Assembly: GCA_017522905.1 (NCBI GenBank)
Contig: JAFWXY010000065.1
Coordinates: forward strand, 1-37,272
From: Clostridia bacterium
GTDB taxonomy: Bacteria; Bacillota; Clostridia; Oscillospirales; CAG-272
Reading direction: 5' to 3'
DNA length: 37,272 nt
A program made the position numbers and the translations under genes. The number at the start of each line of letters is the position of its first letter. Positions within the stretch are counted from its first letter, which is position 1. Under the pieces are notes generated by a model. The model saw nothing but the letters and a program-made list of their open reading frames with translations, was not told the DNA's origin and searched no databases. This document shows positions 1-10,167 of this stretch, in pieces.

Positions 1-693
1 ACGGCGGACATGGAAAACGACCTTGACTCTATCGAAAAGAACGAAAAGAGCCTCAATAACGTATTGAAGGATTTCTGGTCAGATTTCTCCAAGGAGCTTA
101 GCGTTGCAGAGGAGAAGCTTGGCAATATTGAGATCGAGATACCCGTTGAGGAGACGGATATCATCTGCGACAGATGCGGAAGCCGTATGATCGTTAAGAA
201 CGGTCGCTTTGGTAAGTTTGCCGCATGCCCCAATTACCCCAAGTGCAGAAACACCAAGCCCTTGACCGAAAACAAGACTCAGGCGGTAGAGGAGGAGAAG
301 GCCGAAAAGAAGCAGCCTCAGATCGCAGACTTCAAGTGTGAGGTTTGCGGTGGCGACATGGTGCTTCGTACAGGTAAGTTTGGTAGCTTCTACGCCTGCG
401 CTAACTATCCCAAGTGCAAGTTTACAAAGCAGAAGACCAAAAATATAGACGTTCCTTGTCCCGAGTGCGGATCTAAGATCGTTGTAAGATATTCCAAGAG
501 CCGCACAGCGTTCTACGGATGTGAGAACTATCCCAAGTGCAATTTCTCGTCCTGGGATATGCCCGTAAACGAAAAGTGCCCCGACTGCGGAAAGCCCCTT
601 TATCAGAAGAAGGGTAAGAATCAGCTTGTCTGCCACGATGAGGCCTGCGGATTTACAAAGGCGTATACGGCACCCAAGGATGCAGAGGAATAA
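1..693 (+). CDS. topA: DNA topoisomerase I, C-terminal part (5' truncated by window)
   Basis: Frame open from base 1. TAxME-DLD-IE motif followed by four C4 zinc-ribbon repeats (CDRC..CPNYPKC etc.). Directly upstream of trmFO, as in Firmicutes. Confidence 0.95.
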   Translation, partial: TADMENDLDSIEKNEKSLNNVLKDFWSDFSKELSVAEEKLGNIEIEIPVEETDIICDRCGSRMIVKNGRFGKFAACPNYPKCRNTKPLTENKTQAVEEEKAEKKQPQIADFKCEVCGGDMVLRTGKFGSFYACANYPKCKFTKQKTKNIDVPCPECGSKIVVRYSKSRTAFYGCENYPKCNFSSWDMPVNEKCPDCGKPLYQKKGKNQLVCHDEACGFTKAYTAPKDAEE

Positions 694-696
694 TAT

Positions 697-2079
697 ATGT
701 TCAAAAAGGACTATATAAACGTCTACGGCGCAGGACTTGCCGGCTGTGAGGCGGCTTGGCAGATCGCCGAGCGCGGAATAAAGGTAAGACTTTTTGAGAT
801 GAAGCCCAAGAAGTTTACCCCCGCACATCACGCCGAGGGATTTGCGGAGCTCGTTTGCTCAAACTCCTTGCGCTCCGACAGACTTACAAACGGAGTCGGG
901 CTTCTCAAGGAGGAGCTCTACAGACTCGATTCACTTATCATGGAGGCGGCATACGCAACAAGAGTCCCAGCGGGCTCTGCGCTTGCCGTCAACCGCGATG
1001 AGTTTTCGGCTTACATAACGGACAAGATAAGAAATCACGAAAATATTGAAGTGGTTGAAGAGGAGGTATCCTCGGTCGAGGACGGTGTTATCACCGTTAT
1101 CGCAACGGGCCCTCTCACCAGCCGGCCCATGGCCGATTATATCGAAAAGACACTTGGCTGTGAGGGACTTCATTTCTTTGATGCGGCGGCACCTATCGTT
1201 GATGCCTCAAGCATCAATATGGACATTGCTTACGCGGCATCAAGATACGACAAGGGTGAGCCCGACTATCTCAACTGTCCTATGACACGTGAGCAGTATG
1301 ACGCGTTCTATACAGAGCTTATCACGGCACGCGAGGCGGAGCTTCACGACTTTGACCGCAAGGAGCTTAAGGTATTCGAGGGATGTATGCCCGTTGAGGT
1401 CATGGCAAAGCGAGGATACGAAACTCTTTGCTACGGTCCGCTCAAGCCCGTAGGTCTTGTGGACAAGCGCACGGGAGAGGAGGCGTACGCCGTAGTACAG
1501 CTTCGCAAGGAGAACAAAGAGGGAACTATGTATAACCTCGTGGGCTTCCAGACCCATCTTGCATTTCCCGAGCAGAAGAGAGTATTTTCAATGATCCCCG
1601 GACTTGAGAATGCAGAATTTTTGCGCTACGGAATAATGCATAGAAACACATATCTTGATTCCCCTAAACATCTTGACTCGGACTACTCGATGAGAAGCAA
1701 TAAGAATATCTTCTTCGCAGGTCAGATGACGGGCGTTGAGGGATATATCGAGTCGACCGGCTCAGGCTTTGTTGCAGGCGTGAACGCGGCACTTAAAATG
1801 CTTGGCGAGGAGAAGGTTATCTTCCCCAAGAAAACGATGCTCGGCGCCATGGCTGAATATATCAGTCAGGGCAATATGAGCGGAAATTTCGTTCCCATGA
1901 ATGCCAACTTCGGCATAGTTGAGCCCCTTGGATACAGAGTCAAGGGCGGCAAGGTTGCAAAGTATGAGGTGATCGCCGCTCGCGCGCTTGAGGCGCTTGA
2001 CGAGTATGCATCAAGGCTTGGCGCAAAAAATAACGAAAGAAGAAAAAATGAGGTTGATCCGAATGAGGATAATACTTGA
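697..2079 (+). CDS. trmFO: Methylenetetrahydrofolate-tRNA-(uracil-5-)-methyltransferase TrmFO
   Basis: GAGLAGCEAAWQ FAD motif, ELVCSNS, FEGCMPVE, HRNTY, AGQMTGVEGY. Confidence 0.97.
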   Translation: MFKKDYINVYGAGLAGCEAAWQIAERGIKVRLFEMKPKKFTPAHHAEGFAELVCSNSLRSDRLTNGVGLLKEELYRLDSLIMEAAYATRVPAGSALAVNRDEFSAYITDKIRNHENIEVVEEEVSSVEDGVITVIATGPLTSRPMADYIEKTLGCEGLHFFDAAAPIVDASSINMDIAYAASRYDKGEPDYLNCPMTREQYDAFYTELITAREAELHDFDRKELKVFEGCMPVEVMAKRGYETLCYGPLKPVGLVDKRTGEEAYAVVQLRKENKEGTMYNLVGFQTHLAFPEQKRVFSMIPGLENAEFLRYGIMHRNTYLDSPKHLDSDYSMRSNKNIFFAGQMTGVEGYIESTGSGFVAGVNAALKMLGEEKVIFPKKTMLGAMAEYISQGNMSGNFVPMNANFGIVEPLGYRVKGGKVAKYEVIAARALEALDEYASRLGAKNNERRKNEVDPNEDNT

Positions 2080-3112
2080 CATTATGAGCGGAGACCGTGC
2101 ACCCCTTGAGATGCTCAAGGGCGCGGTTGAGGCGAAAAAAGAGAAATATTCCGAGGGAGTGGAATATACGCTTGTCGGCGACGAGAGCGTTATAAAAAAG
2201 CTTGCCGAGGAAAACAGACTTGACATTTCGGGCTTTGAGATAAGACACACCGAGGTCGTTCTCGATATGCACGACGACCCTATGGCGGTAATGAAGGAGA
2301 AGAAGGATTCCTCTCTCGGCACAGGTCTTCGTATGCTTGCAGGCGGCGAGGGTGATGCGTTCGTAAGCTGTGGCAACACAGGGGCGCTCTTCTGCGGCTC
2401 AACTCTCATACTCAAGAGAGTAAAGGGAATACAGAGAGCGGCGATTGGTGCGATTCTCCCCTTGACAAAGCCTCTTATGCTTATGGATTCGGGCGCGAGC
2501 GTTAAGGTCAACGAGGACTATCTGCACCTCTTTGGCGTAATGGGAAGCGCGTATATGAAGGCAATCTATGGCGTAGAGTGCCCCAGGGTTGCAATGATAA
2601 ACAACGGTTCAGAGGAGACAAAGGGCGGCGAGCTTCAGCTTCTCGCTTACCCCAAGCTTATGGCAAGTAAGTTTATCAACTTTATCGGCAACGTTGAGGG
2701 TAATCAGCTTCCATTTGGCTACTGTGACGTGGCACTCTGCGACGGATTTGTTGGAAACATCGTTCTAAAGACGACAGAGGGCATGGGCAGGCTTATGTCC
2801 GCAGAGCTTAAGGGAATGTTTAAGAGCGGACTTGGCGGAATACTTGCGTATCTCCTGCTTAAGAGTCAGCTTAAGAATTTCAAGAAGAAATTTGATTCTA
2901 CCGAGCACGGCGGAGCGCCCATACTCGGAATTACCAAAACCGTTATCAAGGCACACGGCTCGTCTAATGCAAAGGCGTTTAAGAACGCTATCCGTCAGGC
3001 GATCCAGTGCGAGAGAGCGGGAGTGGTTGATATTATAGCAAAGGAAGCCGCAGCATACTCTGAGGAAAAAAAGAGAATGGCGGCAGAGGCGCAGGAAAAT
3101 AGCGCAGAATAA
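2063..3112 (+). CDS. plsX: Phosphate acyltransferase PlsX
   Basis: Start moved to ATG 2063 (MRIILDIMSGDRAP) behind a GAGG SD. Motifs GNTGA, DGFVGNIVLK, GGAPILG, KAHGSS. Confidence 0.95.
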   Translation: MRIILDIMSGDRAPLEMLKGAVEAKKEKYSEGVEYTLVGDESVIKKLAEENRLDISGFEIRHTEVVLDMHDDPMAVMKEKKDSSLGTGLRMLAGGEGDAFVSCGNTGALFCGSTLILKRVKGIQRAAIGAILPLTKPLMLMDSGASVKVNEDYLHLFGVMGSAYMKAIYGVECPRVAMINNGSEETKGGELQLLAYPKLMASKFINFIGNVEGNQLPFGYCDVALCDGFVGNIVLKTTEGMGRLMSAELKGMFKSGLGGILAYLLLKSQLKNFKKKFDSTEHGGAPILGITKTVIKAHGSSNAKAFKNAIRQAIQCERAGVVDIIAKEAAAYSEEKKRMAAEAQENSAE

Positions 3113-3135
3113 ATTTTTAGGAGGAGCTTATCCGT

Positions 3136-3864
3136 ATGGCAAAGAGCAGAATAGATACAACGCTGCTTGAAAATAGGATCGGATATAGATTCAAGGAGTG
3201 GGAGATGCTTGAGCGCGCACTCACACACTCGTCCTATTCAAACGAATCGGGACTTAAAAATCACCATATGCTTTGCAACGAGAGACTTGAATTCCTCGGC
3301 GACAGCGTGCTTTCCATAATCACGAGCAATTACCTCTACAGAACCTTTTCGGACTGCCCCGAGGGAGAGCTTACGAGAATGAGGGCAGAGGTCGTTTGTG
3401 AGAGAGCGCTTTCGGGATATTCCGAGGCGATTGGTCTTGGCGAGTATCTGCTTTTGGGTATCGGTGAAGAAAAGAACAACGGCCGCCGACGCAAGTCGAT
3501 TTTGGCAGATGCTTTTGAGGCACTTTTGGCGGCAATATATCTTGACGCAGGTGAGCGCGGACTTGAGGTTGTCGAAGGATTCCTGTTGCCCTTCATTAAG
3601 TCCGAGATTGAGAAGGTAAGACAGAGGGGAAGCTTTAACGGTGACCCCAAGACATTGCTCCAGCAGTTTGTACAGCAGGCGGAAGGAGATTTCCTTGAGT
3701 ACGCCGTTGTAGGCGAGCGCGGGCCCGATCATATGAAGTCATTCAGCGTTGAGGCAAGACTTAACTCAAACGTTATCGGCAGAGGCGAGGGAAGAAGCAA
3801 GCGTGAGGCAGAGCAGAATGCCGCACGCGAGGCACTCAAGCTTTTCTCGGTTGACGTGATATGA
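3136..3864 (+). CDS. rnc: Ribonuclease III
   Basis: NERLEFLGDSVL signature, ADAFEA, C-terminal dsRBD (DPKTLLQ...GRSKREAEQ). AGGAGG SD. Confidence 0.97.
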   Translation: MAKSRIDTTLLENRIGYRFKEWEMLERALTHSSYSNESGLKNHHMLCNERLEFLGDSVLSIITSNYLYRTFSDCPEGELTRMRAEVVCERALSGYSEAIGLGEYLLLGIGEEKNNGRRRKSILADAFEALLAAIYLDAGERGLEVVEGFLLPFIKSEIEKVRQRGSFNGDPKTLLQQFVQQAEGDFLEYAVVGERGPDHMKSFSVEARLNSNVIGRGEGRSKREAEQNAAREALKLFSVDVI

Positions 3865-4934
3865 AAAGGAAGAACCACAGAAATATTCCAATCTTCATAC
3901 CACACCTCGGTTGCCCCAATATGTGTGTATTTTGCAATCAGCGTTCTATTTCAGGCAAGCAGAGCTTTTGCAGGGATAGCGTAAAATGTGAGATAGACGA
4001 GGCGCTTTCCACAATAGAGAAGGATGCAGAGGTCGAGATAGCATATTTCGGCGGTTCCTTTACGGGAATTGACCGTAAGCTGATGATATATCTGCTTGAC
4101 GTTGCCGAGGAGTATATCAGAAACCCGAGGAGGGGCAGTGCACGTGTTACGGGAATCAGAATGTCCACCCGCCCCGACTACATAAACAGCGAGATAATGG
4201 AGATATTATCCAACTATCACATAAAAACGGTGGAGCTTGGACTTCAGAGCATGCGCGACGAGGTTCTGATATCTTCAAAGCGCGGGCACACGGCACTTGA
4301 TGCCGAGAAGGCGTGCAGACTTATAAAGGATGCGGGCTACTCACTCATCGGACAGATGATGATAGGCCTGCCGGGATCGACTCTAGAGGACGAGATATAC
4401 ACGGCAAAGAAAATATGCGAGATGGGTGCTGACGGCGCGAGAATATATCCCACAGTGGTATTCTACGACACCGAGCTGGCTGAAATGGCGAAGCGCGGAG
4501 AGTATGAGATGCTTTCGGTTGACGACGCGGTTATGAGAAGCAAAGAGGTGCTTGAAATATTCGATAAGAATAACGTTGAGTGTATCCGCATAGGACTTTG
4601 CGCCTCGGACAACCTGCTTGATGAGGAGAAGGTCATGGGCGGCGCAAACCACCCGGCTCTTGGCGAGCTTGTCATGGGTGAGGAATATTTTGACCGTATG
4701 CAAAGCGAGGCAGAGCACATAGTTGCAGAAAACGGGGATTGCGGAGTAATTACCTTTACCGTGCCGCGAGGAGAGATGTCCCTGGCGGTGGGGCAGAAGG
4801 GAAAAAACCGTAAGCGCCTTGAACAAAGGTTTAAAAATCACAGAATAGTAATCAAAGAAGCGAATGTACCTAAATTAGTTTCATCATTTGAGAAACGTGG
4901 AGACGGAGGTATAAATTGTATCTTAAATCAATAG
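3861..4934 (+). CDS. Radical SAM protein (Elp3/YhcC-like)
   Basis: CPNMCVFC (CxxxCxxC), FGGSFT, STRPD, ELGLQS. ATGA overlap with rnc. Confidence 0.9.
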   Translation: MKRKNHRNIPIFIPHLGCPNMCVFCNQRSISGKQSFCRDSVKCEIDEALSTIEKDAEVEIAYFGGSFTGIDRKLMIYLLDVAEEYIRNPRRGSARVTGIRMSTRPDYINSEIMEILSNYHIKTVELGLQSMRDEVLISSKRGHTALDAEKACRLIKDAGYSLIGQMMIGLPGSTLEDEIYTAKKICEMGADGARIYPTVVFYDTELAEMAKRGEYEMLSVDDAVMRSKEVLEIFDKNNVECIRIGLCASDNLLDEEKVMGGANHPALGELVMGEEYFDRMQSEAEHIVAENGDCGVITFTVPRGEMSLAVGQKGKNRKRLEQRFKNHRIVIKEANVPKLVSSFEKRGDGGINCILNQ

Positions 4935-7900
4935 AAATGCAGGGCTTTAAGTCTTTCCCCGATAAGACTAAGCTTGTGTTTGACGCAAGTGACGTGGAAA
5001 GCTCGGAGACGGGCGTAACCGTCATCGTAGGCCCTAACGGAAGCGGAAAATCTAATATTGCCGACGCGATGCGTTGGGTTCTCGGTGAAATATCCTCAAA
5101 GACTCTCCGTTCTACCAAAATGGAGGACGTAATCTTTGGAGGAGCGGACAGCCGCAAGCCGATGGGCTTTGCGGAGGTATCGGTAACCTTTGACAATACC
5201 AGAGGTCCGTCACACCTGGACTGCCCTTATGACGAGGTTACAGTTACAAGACGTTATTTCCGCGCGGGCGAGAGTGAGTATTACATAAACCGCCGCCCCG
5301 TTCGTCTTAAGGACATCTATGAGCTTTTCTTGAATACAGGTATCGGACGTGACGGTTATTCTATAATCGGTCAGGGTCGAATTGCCGATATGGTGTCAAG
5401 AAAGAGCGAGGACCGGCGTGATATTTTCGAGGATGCGTCGGGAATTGCAAAATTCAGACACAAGAAGAGCGATGCTGAGAGAAAGCTTAAGGCGACCGAG
5501 GAGAATATGGTCAGAATCAACGACGTATTCACCGAGGTGGCAAGCCAGGTCGGACCGCTTGAAAAGGAATCCCAGAAGGCAAAAAAAGCAATCGAGCTTA
5601 TGGAGATAAAAAAGAGAGCAGACGTAAGTCTGTGGCTCTTTGATACAGAGAAGTACCGCGCGGACATTTCCGCCGCGGAGGATGCCTTGCGCCATTCCGA
5701 GTTTGACCTTCGAAATGCAGAGGACTCTATGCAGTCTCTTGACGCGCGAAACGCCAAGCTTTATGAGGCGGCTCAGGGCGGAAAGCTTGCTCACACTCAG
5801 CTCCTTAACATGATAAAGGATAGCACAAGCGAGATATTCAAGCTTGACAGTGAGTTCAGAGTAAACGACACTACTATCCGTCATACCGACGAGCTTATTG
5901 AGACCGCAAAGGGCTCACTTGCTTCAAGTGAGAGAGCTCTCAAAGAGGAAAAGATCAAGAGCGAGGCGCAGAAGGCAAAGATCAGCGAGCTTGAAGAGAG
6001 TGCAGAGGCAAATAAGCAAAAGCACGAGGACCTTGAGGACGCTATCTTTGACGAAAAGTGCAATATTGATAAATATAACAAGGATATCGACACTATCTTT
6101 GCCGATATAAGAGCGGCAGAGGAGGAAGCGGTTGATATCAAGGTGCGCATCAACGTTCTTGAAAGCGCACGCGAGAGCGGAACCGACAGAAATGCCGACG
6201 TTCTCTCGGATATCGAGAGCTACGAGTCCGAGGCTGCAAGGCTTGAGAAATCAATGGCGCTCAAGCAGAAGACAGTTGACGAGTACGAGGAATCTGTCGG
6301 AGAGATTGACAAGAGCCTTGAAGAATGCGACAAGGAGCTCACCGCGCTCAACACCGAGATAGGTGACAAATACGACGAGCTTAATGGTAAGAAGCTTCGT
6401 CTTGAATCCTGTGAGCAGAGAATCAAGACGATCAAAGCTATGGAGGAGCAGTTCGAGGGCTATAATAACAGTGTGCGCTTCGTCATGAAGGCGTACTCTG
6501 AGGGCAAGATCACAGACCGCCACGGCGCACCCTGCGGCAAGGTCTACGGACCTCTTTCAAAGGTAATTTCGGTTGATACAAGGTACGTAACCGCGATAGA
6601 GACGGCTCTCGCCCAGAATCTCCAGCACATAGTTGTAGAGGATGACGAGACTGCGAAGAACGCGCTCTTTGCCCTGAAAAAGGCAGAAGCGGGACGCGCT
6701 ACCTTCCTGCCTCTTGAAATGAAGGCGCAGACCGAGACACACGAGATGACAGAGGCACGCGGCTTTGCGGGATATATCGCAATTGCAAGCGAGCTTTGTC
6801 AGTGTGAAGAGAAATTTGACGGTATTATCGGCTCGCTGCTTGGCAGAACTCTTGTATTTGATACGCTTGACAATGCAAATATCATGTCAAGAAAGCTGCA
6901 GAGAAGAGTGAAGGTAGTAACTCTTGACGGACAGATCATCAATGCAGGCGGTTCGTTTACCGGTGGATCTGTAAAGCAGGGCGGAGGAATACTCTCCCGC
7001 GCAGATGAGATCAACCGACTTACAGCCGAGGCAGAGGAGCTTCGCGCAAAGGTAACAAAGCTCTCGGGTGAAGCATCAAAGATAAAGGCGAAGATCACAG
7101 ATAAGACCGACGACAGAACCGACCTTTCGGATCGTCGCGACCTTATAAATATTCTCAAGAACACCGAAATGCAGGCGCTTGAGAAGATAACCGGTCAGTA
7201 CGAATCAAATAGGGCTCTGCTTGAAAAGCTTAAGGCAGATTATCAGCAGATGCTTGAGGCAAGCGACCGATATGAAGAGGATATTGCCGCACTCAGAAAA
7301 GAGGAAGAGGCTCAGAACAAGAAAATAGAGGAATTCACAGCCGCAAGAGAGGCAAGACACAATGCCAAAGTCGATTGCGAGGATAAGCTCAAGGCTCTTG
7401 AGGACGAGAAAACGGCTAATATCATAAAGGCAAGCGAGATACAGAAGGATATCGAGACCGCGAGTGCATTGCTTGAGGTGTCCGAGGAGAGAATGAGAAT
7501 TTGTGCCGAGGATATGAGAGCTGCAGAAAATCGCATCGCATCCTATCGCGCACAGATCGAAAATATTACAGTTGCTCAGGCGGAAAACAGAAAGAGATAC
7601 TCCGAGGTTGAAGCAGAGCTTGATAAGCTTAACGCCAAGCGTGCAGAGGTCGAGGAGGGAAATCTTGAATTTGACAAGAAGCTTGCCGAGATCAATACCA
7701 TGATACGCGACAAGATGGCGGAGAAGGAGCTTATATTCAAGGTTCACACCACCAACGAGTCAAAGCTTGAAAACCTCAGAGAAAAATACGACAAGCTGGC
7801 AAGCAGACTTTGGGACGATTACGAGCTTACCCGTGCAGACGCGGTAGCGCTCGGATATCCCGCAGTAACTGCGGAGACAAGAGCCGAGGTAGCAAAAACT

Positions 7901-8569
7901 CAGGTTGAGTGTCAGAACAAGCTTCGTCACATCGGCCACGTTGACCTCGACGCAGTCAATAAGTATAACGAGGTCAAGGCGAGATACGACTATATGTCAG
8001 AGCAGATCGGAGACCTTGAAAAATCCAAGGGAGAGCTGGAGGGAATAATCTCAAAGCTTGAAAAGGAAATGAAGACGTCCTTTATAGATGCCTTCAACAA
8101 GATAAACGAGAACTTTGGCAAGACCTTCTCAGAGCTCTTTGGCGGCGGTTCTGCTGAGATATACCTCACAGACCCCGAAAATGTGCTTGAGAGTGGAATT
8201 GAGATCAAGGCGGCACCTCCCGGAAAGATCATTAAAAATCTGATGCAGCTTTCGGGTGGTGAGCAGGCGTTTATCGGCGTTGCGCTCTTCTTTGCAACGC
8301 TTAAGGTAAATCCCACACCCTTCTGTATCCTCGACGAGATCGAGGCGGCGCTTGACGAGGTTAACGTTGAGCGACTTGCGCAGTACATCAAGAGATATAC
8401 GGACGGAACACAGTTTATTATGATCACACATCGTCGCGGAACAATGGCGGCGGCAACAAGGCTCTACGGCGTAACGATGCCGGAGCACGGAATTTCTAAG
8501 ATACTCACGCTTGATGTCAAGGACATCGAGAAGAAGAAAGATGGTGAATGGAATGGCATTTTTGAGTAA
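4916..8569 (+). CDS. smc: Chromosome segregation ATPase SMC
   Basis: TTG start after GGAGG. GFKSF, Walker A GPNGSGKSN, coiled coils, hinge, LSGGEQ signature, Walker B/D-loop LDEIEAALD. Confidence 0.97.
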   Translation: MYLKSIEMQGFKSFPDKTKLVFDASDVESSETGVTVIVGPNGSGKSNIADAMRWVLGEISSKTLRSTKMEDVIFGGADSRKPMGFAEVSVTFDNTRGPSHLDCPYDEVTVTRRYFRAGESEYYINRRPVRLKDIYELFLNTGIGRDGYSIIGQGRIADMVSRKSEDRRDIFEDASGIAKFRHKKSDAERKLKATEENMVRINDVFTEVASQVGPLEKESQKAKKAIELMEIKKRADVSLWLFDTEKYRADISAAEDALRHSEFDLRNAEDSMQSLDARNAKLYEAAQGGKLAHTQLLNMIKDSTSEIFKLDSEFRVNDTTIRHTDELIETAKGSLASSERALKEEKIKSEAQKAKISELEESAEANKQKHEDLEDAIFDEKCNIDKYNKDIDTIFADIRAAEEEAVDIKVRINVLESARESGTDRNADVLSDIESYESEAARLEKSMALKQKTVDEYEESVGEIDKSLEECDKELTALNTEIGDKYDELNGKKLRLESCEQRIKTIKAMEEQFEGYNNSVRFVMKAYSEGKITDRHGAPCGKVYGPLSKVISVDTRYVTAIETALAQNLQHIVVEDDETAKNALFALKKAEAGRATFLPLEMKAQTETHEMTEARGFAGYIAIASELCQCEEKFDGIIGSLLGRTLVFDTLDNANIMSRKLQRRVKVVTLDGQIINAGGSFTGGSVKQGGGILSRADEINRLTAEAEELRAKVTKLSGEASKIKAKITDKTDDRTDLSDRRDLINILKNTEMQALEKITGQYESNRALLEKLKADYQQMLEASDRYEEDIAALRKEEEAQNKKIEEFTAAREARHNAKVDCEDKLKALEDEKTANIIKASEIQKDIETASALLEVSEERMRICAEDMRAAENRIASYRAQIENITVAQAENRKRYSEVEAELDKLNAKRAEVEEGNLEFDKKLAEINTMIRDKMAEKELIFKVHTTNESKLENLREKYDKLASRLWDDYELTRADAVALGYPAVTAETRAEVAKTQVECQNKLRHIGHVDLDAVNKYNEVKARYDYMSEQIGDLEKSKGELEGIISKLEKEMKTSFIDAFNKINENFGKTFSELFGGGSAEIYLTDPENVLESGIEIKAAPPGKIIKNLMQLSGGEQAFIGVALFFATLKVNPTPFCILDEIEAALDEVNVERLAQYIKRYTDGTQFIMITHRRGTMAAATRLYGVTMPEHGISKILTLDVKDIEKKKDGEWNGIFE

Positions 8570-9830
8570 GCTTTTCGGTAAAAAGGACAGAGATAACGAA
8601 AACGAGGTCGAGGAGATCGACCTTGACGACGAGCTTGGTTGTGAGGGTGACCTGACCGAAGAGGAGCTTTTAGCGGCGGAAAGATATGAGGAGGAGCACA
8701 GAGATGAATTCATCTCTGCCACCCCCCTCGATCTTGACGGAGATTTTATTGACTACGAAAGCCTTATCGAGGATGATGAGGAATATGAGGACGAAGAAAT
8801 CGAAGAAGAGGCGGAGCTTGACTGCGCTGAGGACTCCGACGATTCCGAGCTTGCAGACGTAGAGGCTATCTACGGTGGCGAGATTGAGGAGGAAGAGACC
8901 GAAGAAGAGGCCGAAGAAGAGAGGATCTCGTTCTGGGAGAGACTCAAGGCGGGACTTTCAAAGACAAAGAACGCGCTTTTCGGCTCTGTTCACGATATGC
9001 TCTCAAACTTCGTACGCGTTGACGAGGATATGCTTGAGGAGCTTGAGGAGCTGCTTATTATGTCGGATATCGGTGTAAATGCTACCGCGGAGATTATCGA
9101 CGAGCTTCGGGATCGAATCAAGGACGGAAGACTCAAGGAAAAGGAGCAGGTAGTTGATGCGCTCAAGGAGATCATCGGCGAGATGATCGGTGAGCATCAG
9201 CCTCTTGTTCTTGAAACAACTCCCTCTGTCATTCTTGTTATCGGAGTTAATGGCGCGGGAAAGACCACGTCTATCGGAAAGATGTCCAAGAGACTTCGCC
9301 TTGCGGGCAAGAAGGTCGTAGTTGCGGCGGCAGATACCTTCCGTGCGGCGGCTATAGATCAGCTTGAGGTTTGGTGCCGGAGAGCAAAGGTCGATATCGT
9401 TAAGCAGAACGAGGGAAGCGACCCTGCGGCTGTTGTTTTCGATGCCATCAGCTATGCTAAGAGAAAGGAAGCTGACGTGCTTATCGTTGATACGGCAGGT
9501 AGACTTCATAACAAGCAAAACCTCATGAACGAGCTTGCAAAGATCAACAGAGTTATTGACCGTGAGCTGCCGGGCGCATCAAGAGAGAATCTTCTCGTGC
9601 TTGACGCGACCACGGGTCAGAATGCAGTAATCCAGGCAAAGGAATTCAGCAAGGCTGCAAGCATTACGGGAATCACGCTCAACAAGCTTGACGGAACCGC
9701 AAAGGGCGGTATCGTAATATCGATCAAGCAGGAGCTTGGAATTTCGGTTAAGTTCATCGGTGTCGGCGAGAAGATCGACGATATGCAGGAATTCGATGCA
9801 AAGCAGTTTATAGACGCGCTTTTCGAGTAA
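8553..9830 (+). CDS. ftsY: Signal recognition particle receptor FtsY with acidic N-terminal extension
   Basis: GVNGAGKTT, DTFRAAA, DTAGR, KLDGTAKGG. Start placed at MAFLSKLFGKK (inference). Confidence 0.95.
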   Translation: MAFLSKLFGKKDRDNENEVEEIDLDDELGCEGDLTEEELLAAERYEEEHRDEFISATPLDLDGDFIDYESLIEDDEEYEDEEIEEEAELDCAEDSDDSELADVEAIYGGEIEEEETEEEAEEERISFWERLKAGLSKTKNALFGSVHDMLSNFVRVDEDMLEELEELLIMSDIGVNATAEIIDELRDRIKDGRLKEKEQVVDALKEIIGEMIGEHQPLVLETTPSVILVIGVNGAGKTTSIGKMSKRLRLAGKKVVVAAADTFRAAAIDQLEVWCRRAKVDIVKQNEGSDPAAVVFDAISYAKRKEADVLIVDTAGRLHNKQNLMNELAKINRVIDRELPGASRENLLVLDATTGQNAVIQAKEFSKAASITGITLNKLDGTAKGGIVISIKQELGISVKFIGVGEKIDDMQEFDAKQFIDALFE

Positions 9831-9846
9831 AAAGGAGTATAAATAT

Positions 9847-10167
9847 ATGAAATTGTCAGATATAATACCGTGCGGGTGCAAGTGTGAACCGCAAAAAGAG
9901 GTAAACGTAGGAAAGATAGTTTTTAAAACTGTTGCTATAACCACAGCGGTGCTTGCGTTTATTCCCACAGTTATTAAGGTAAACAAGGGCAAGGGCTTTG
10001 ACGCCTATGGACTTCTCAGCCGCGTAAGCTACAAGAAAGGCGTTGATGAGGAAGGCAAGACACATCACAATGTGATCATATCACTGATTGATCTTTCCCG
10101 TTACGGAATAGGCACAGATAAGGAAGATGCTAAAGAAAATGAAGATAGTATTAGCATCGAGAAATAA
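9847..10167 (+). CDS. Hypothetical protein, one hydrophobic segment
   Basis: AAGGAG SD. Fills the gap between ftsY and rdgB on the same strand. Confidence 0.75.
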   Translation: MKLSDIIPCGCKCEPQKEVNVGKIVFKTVAITTAVLAFIPTVIKVNKGKGFDAYGLLSRVSYKKGVDEEGKTHHNVIISLIDLSRYGIGTDKEDAKENEDSISIEK

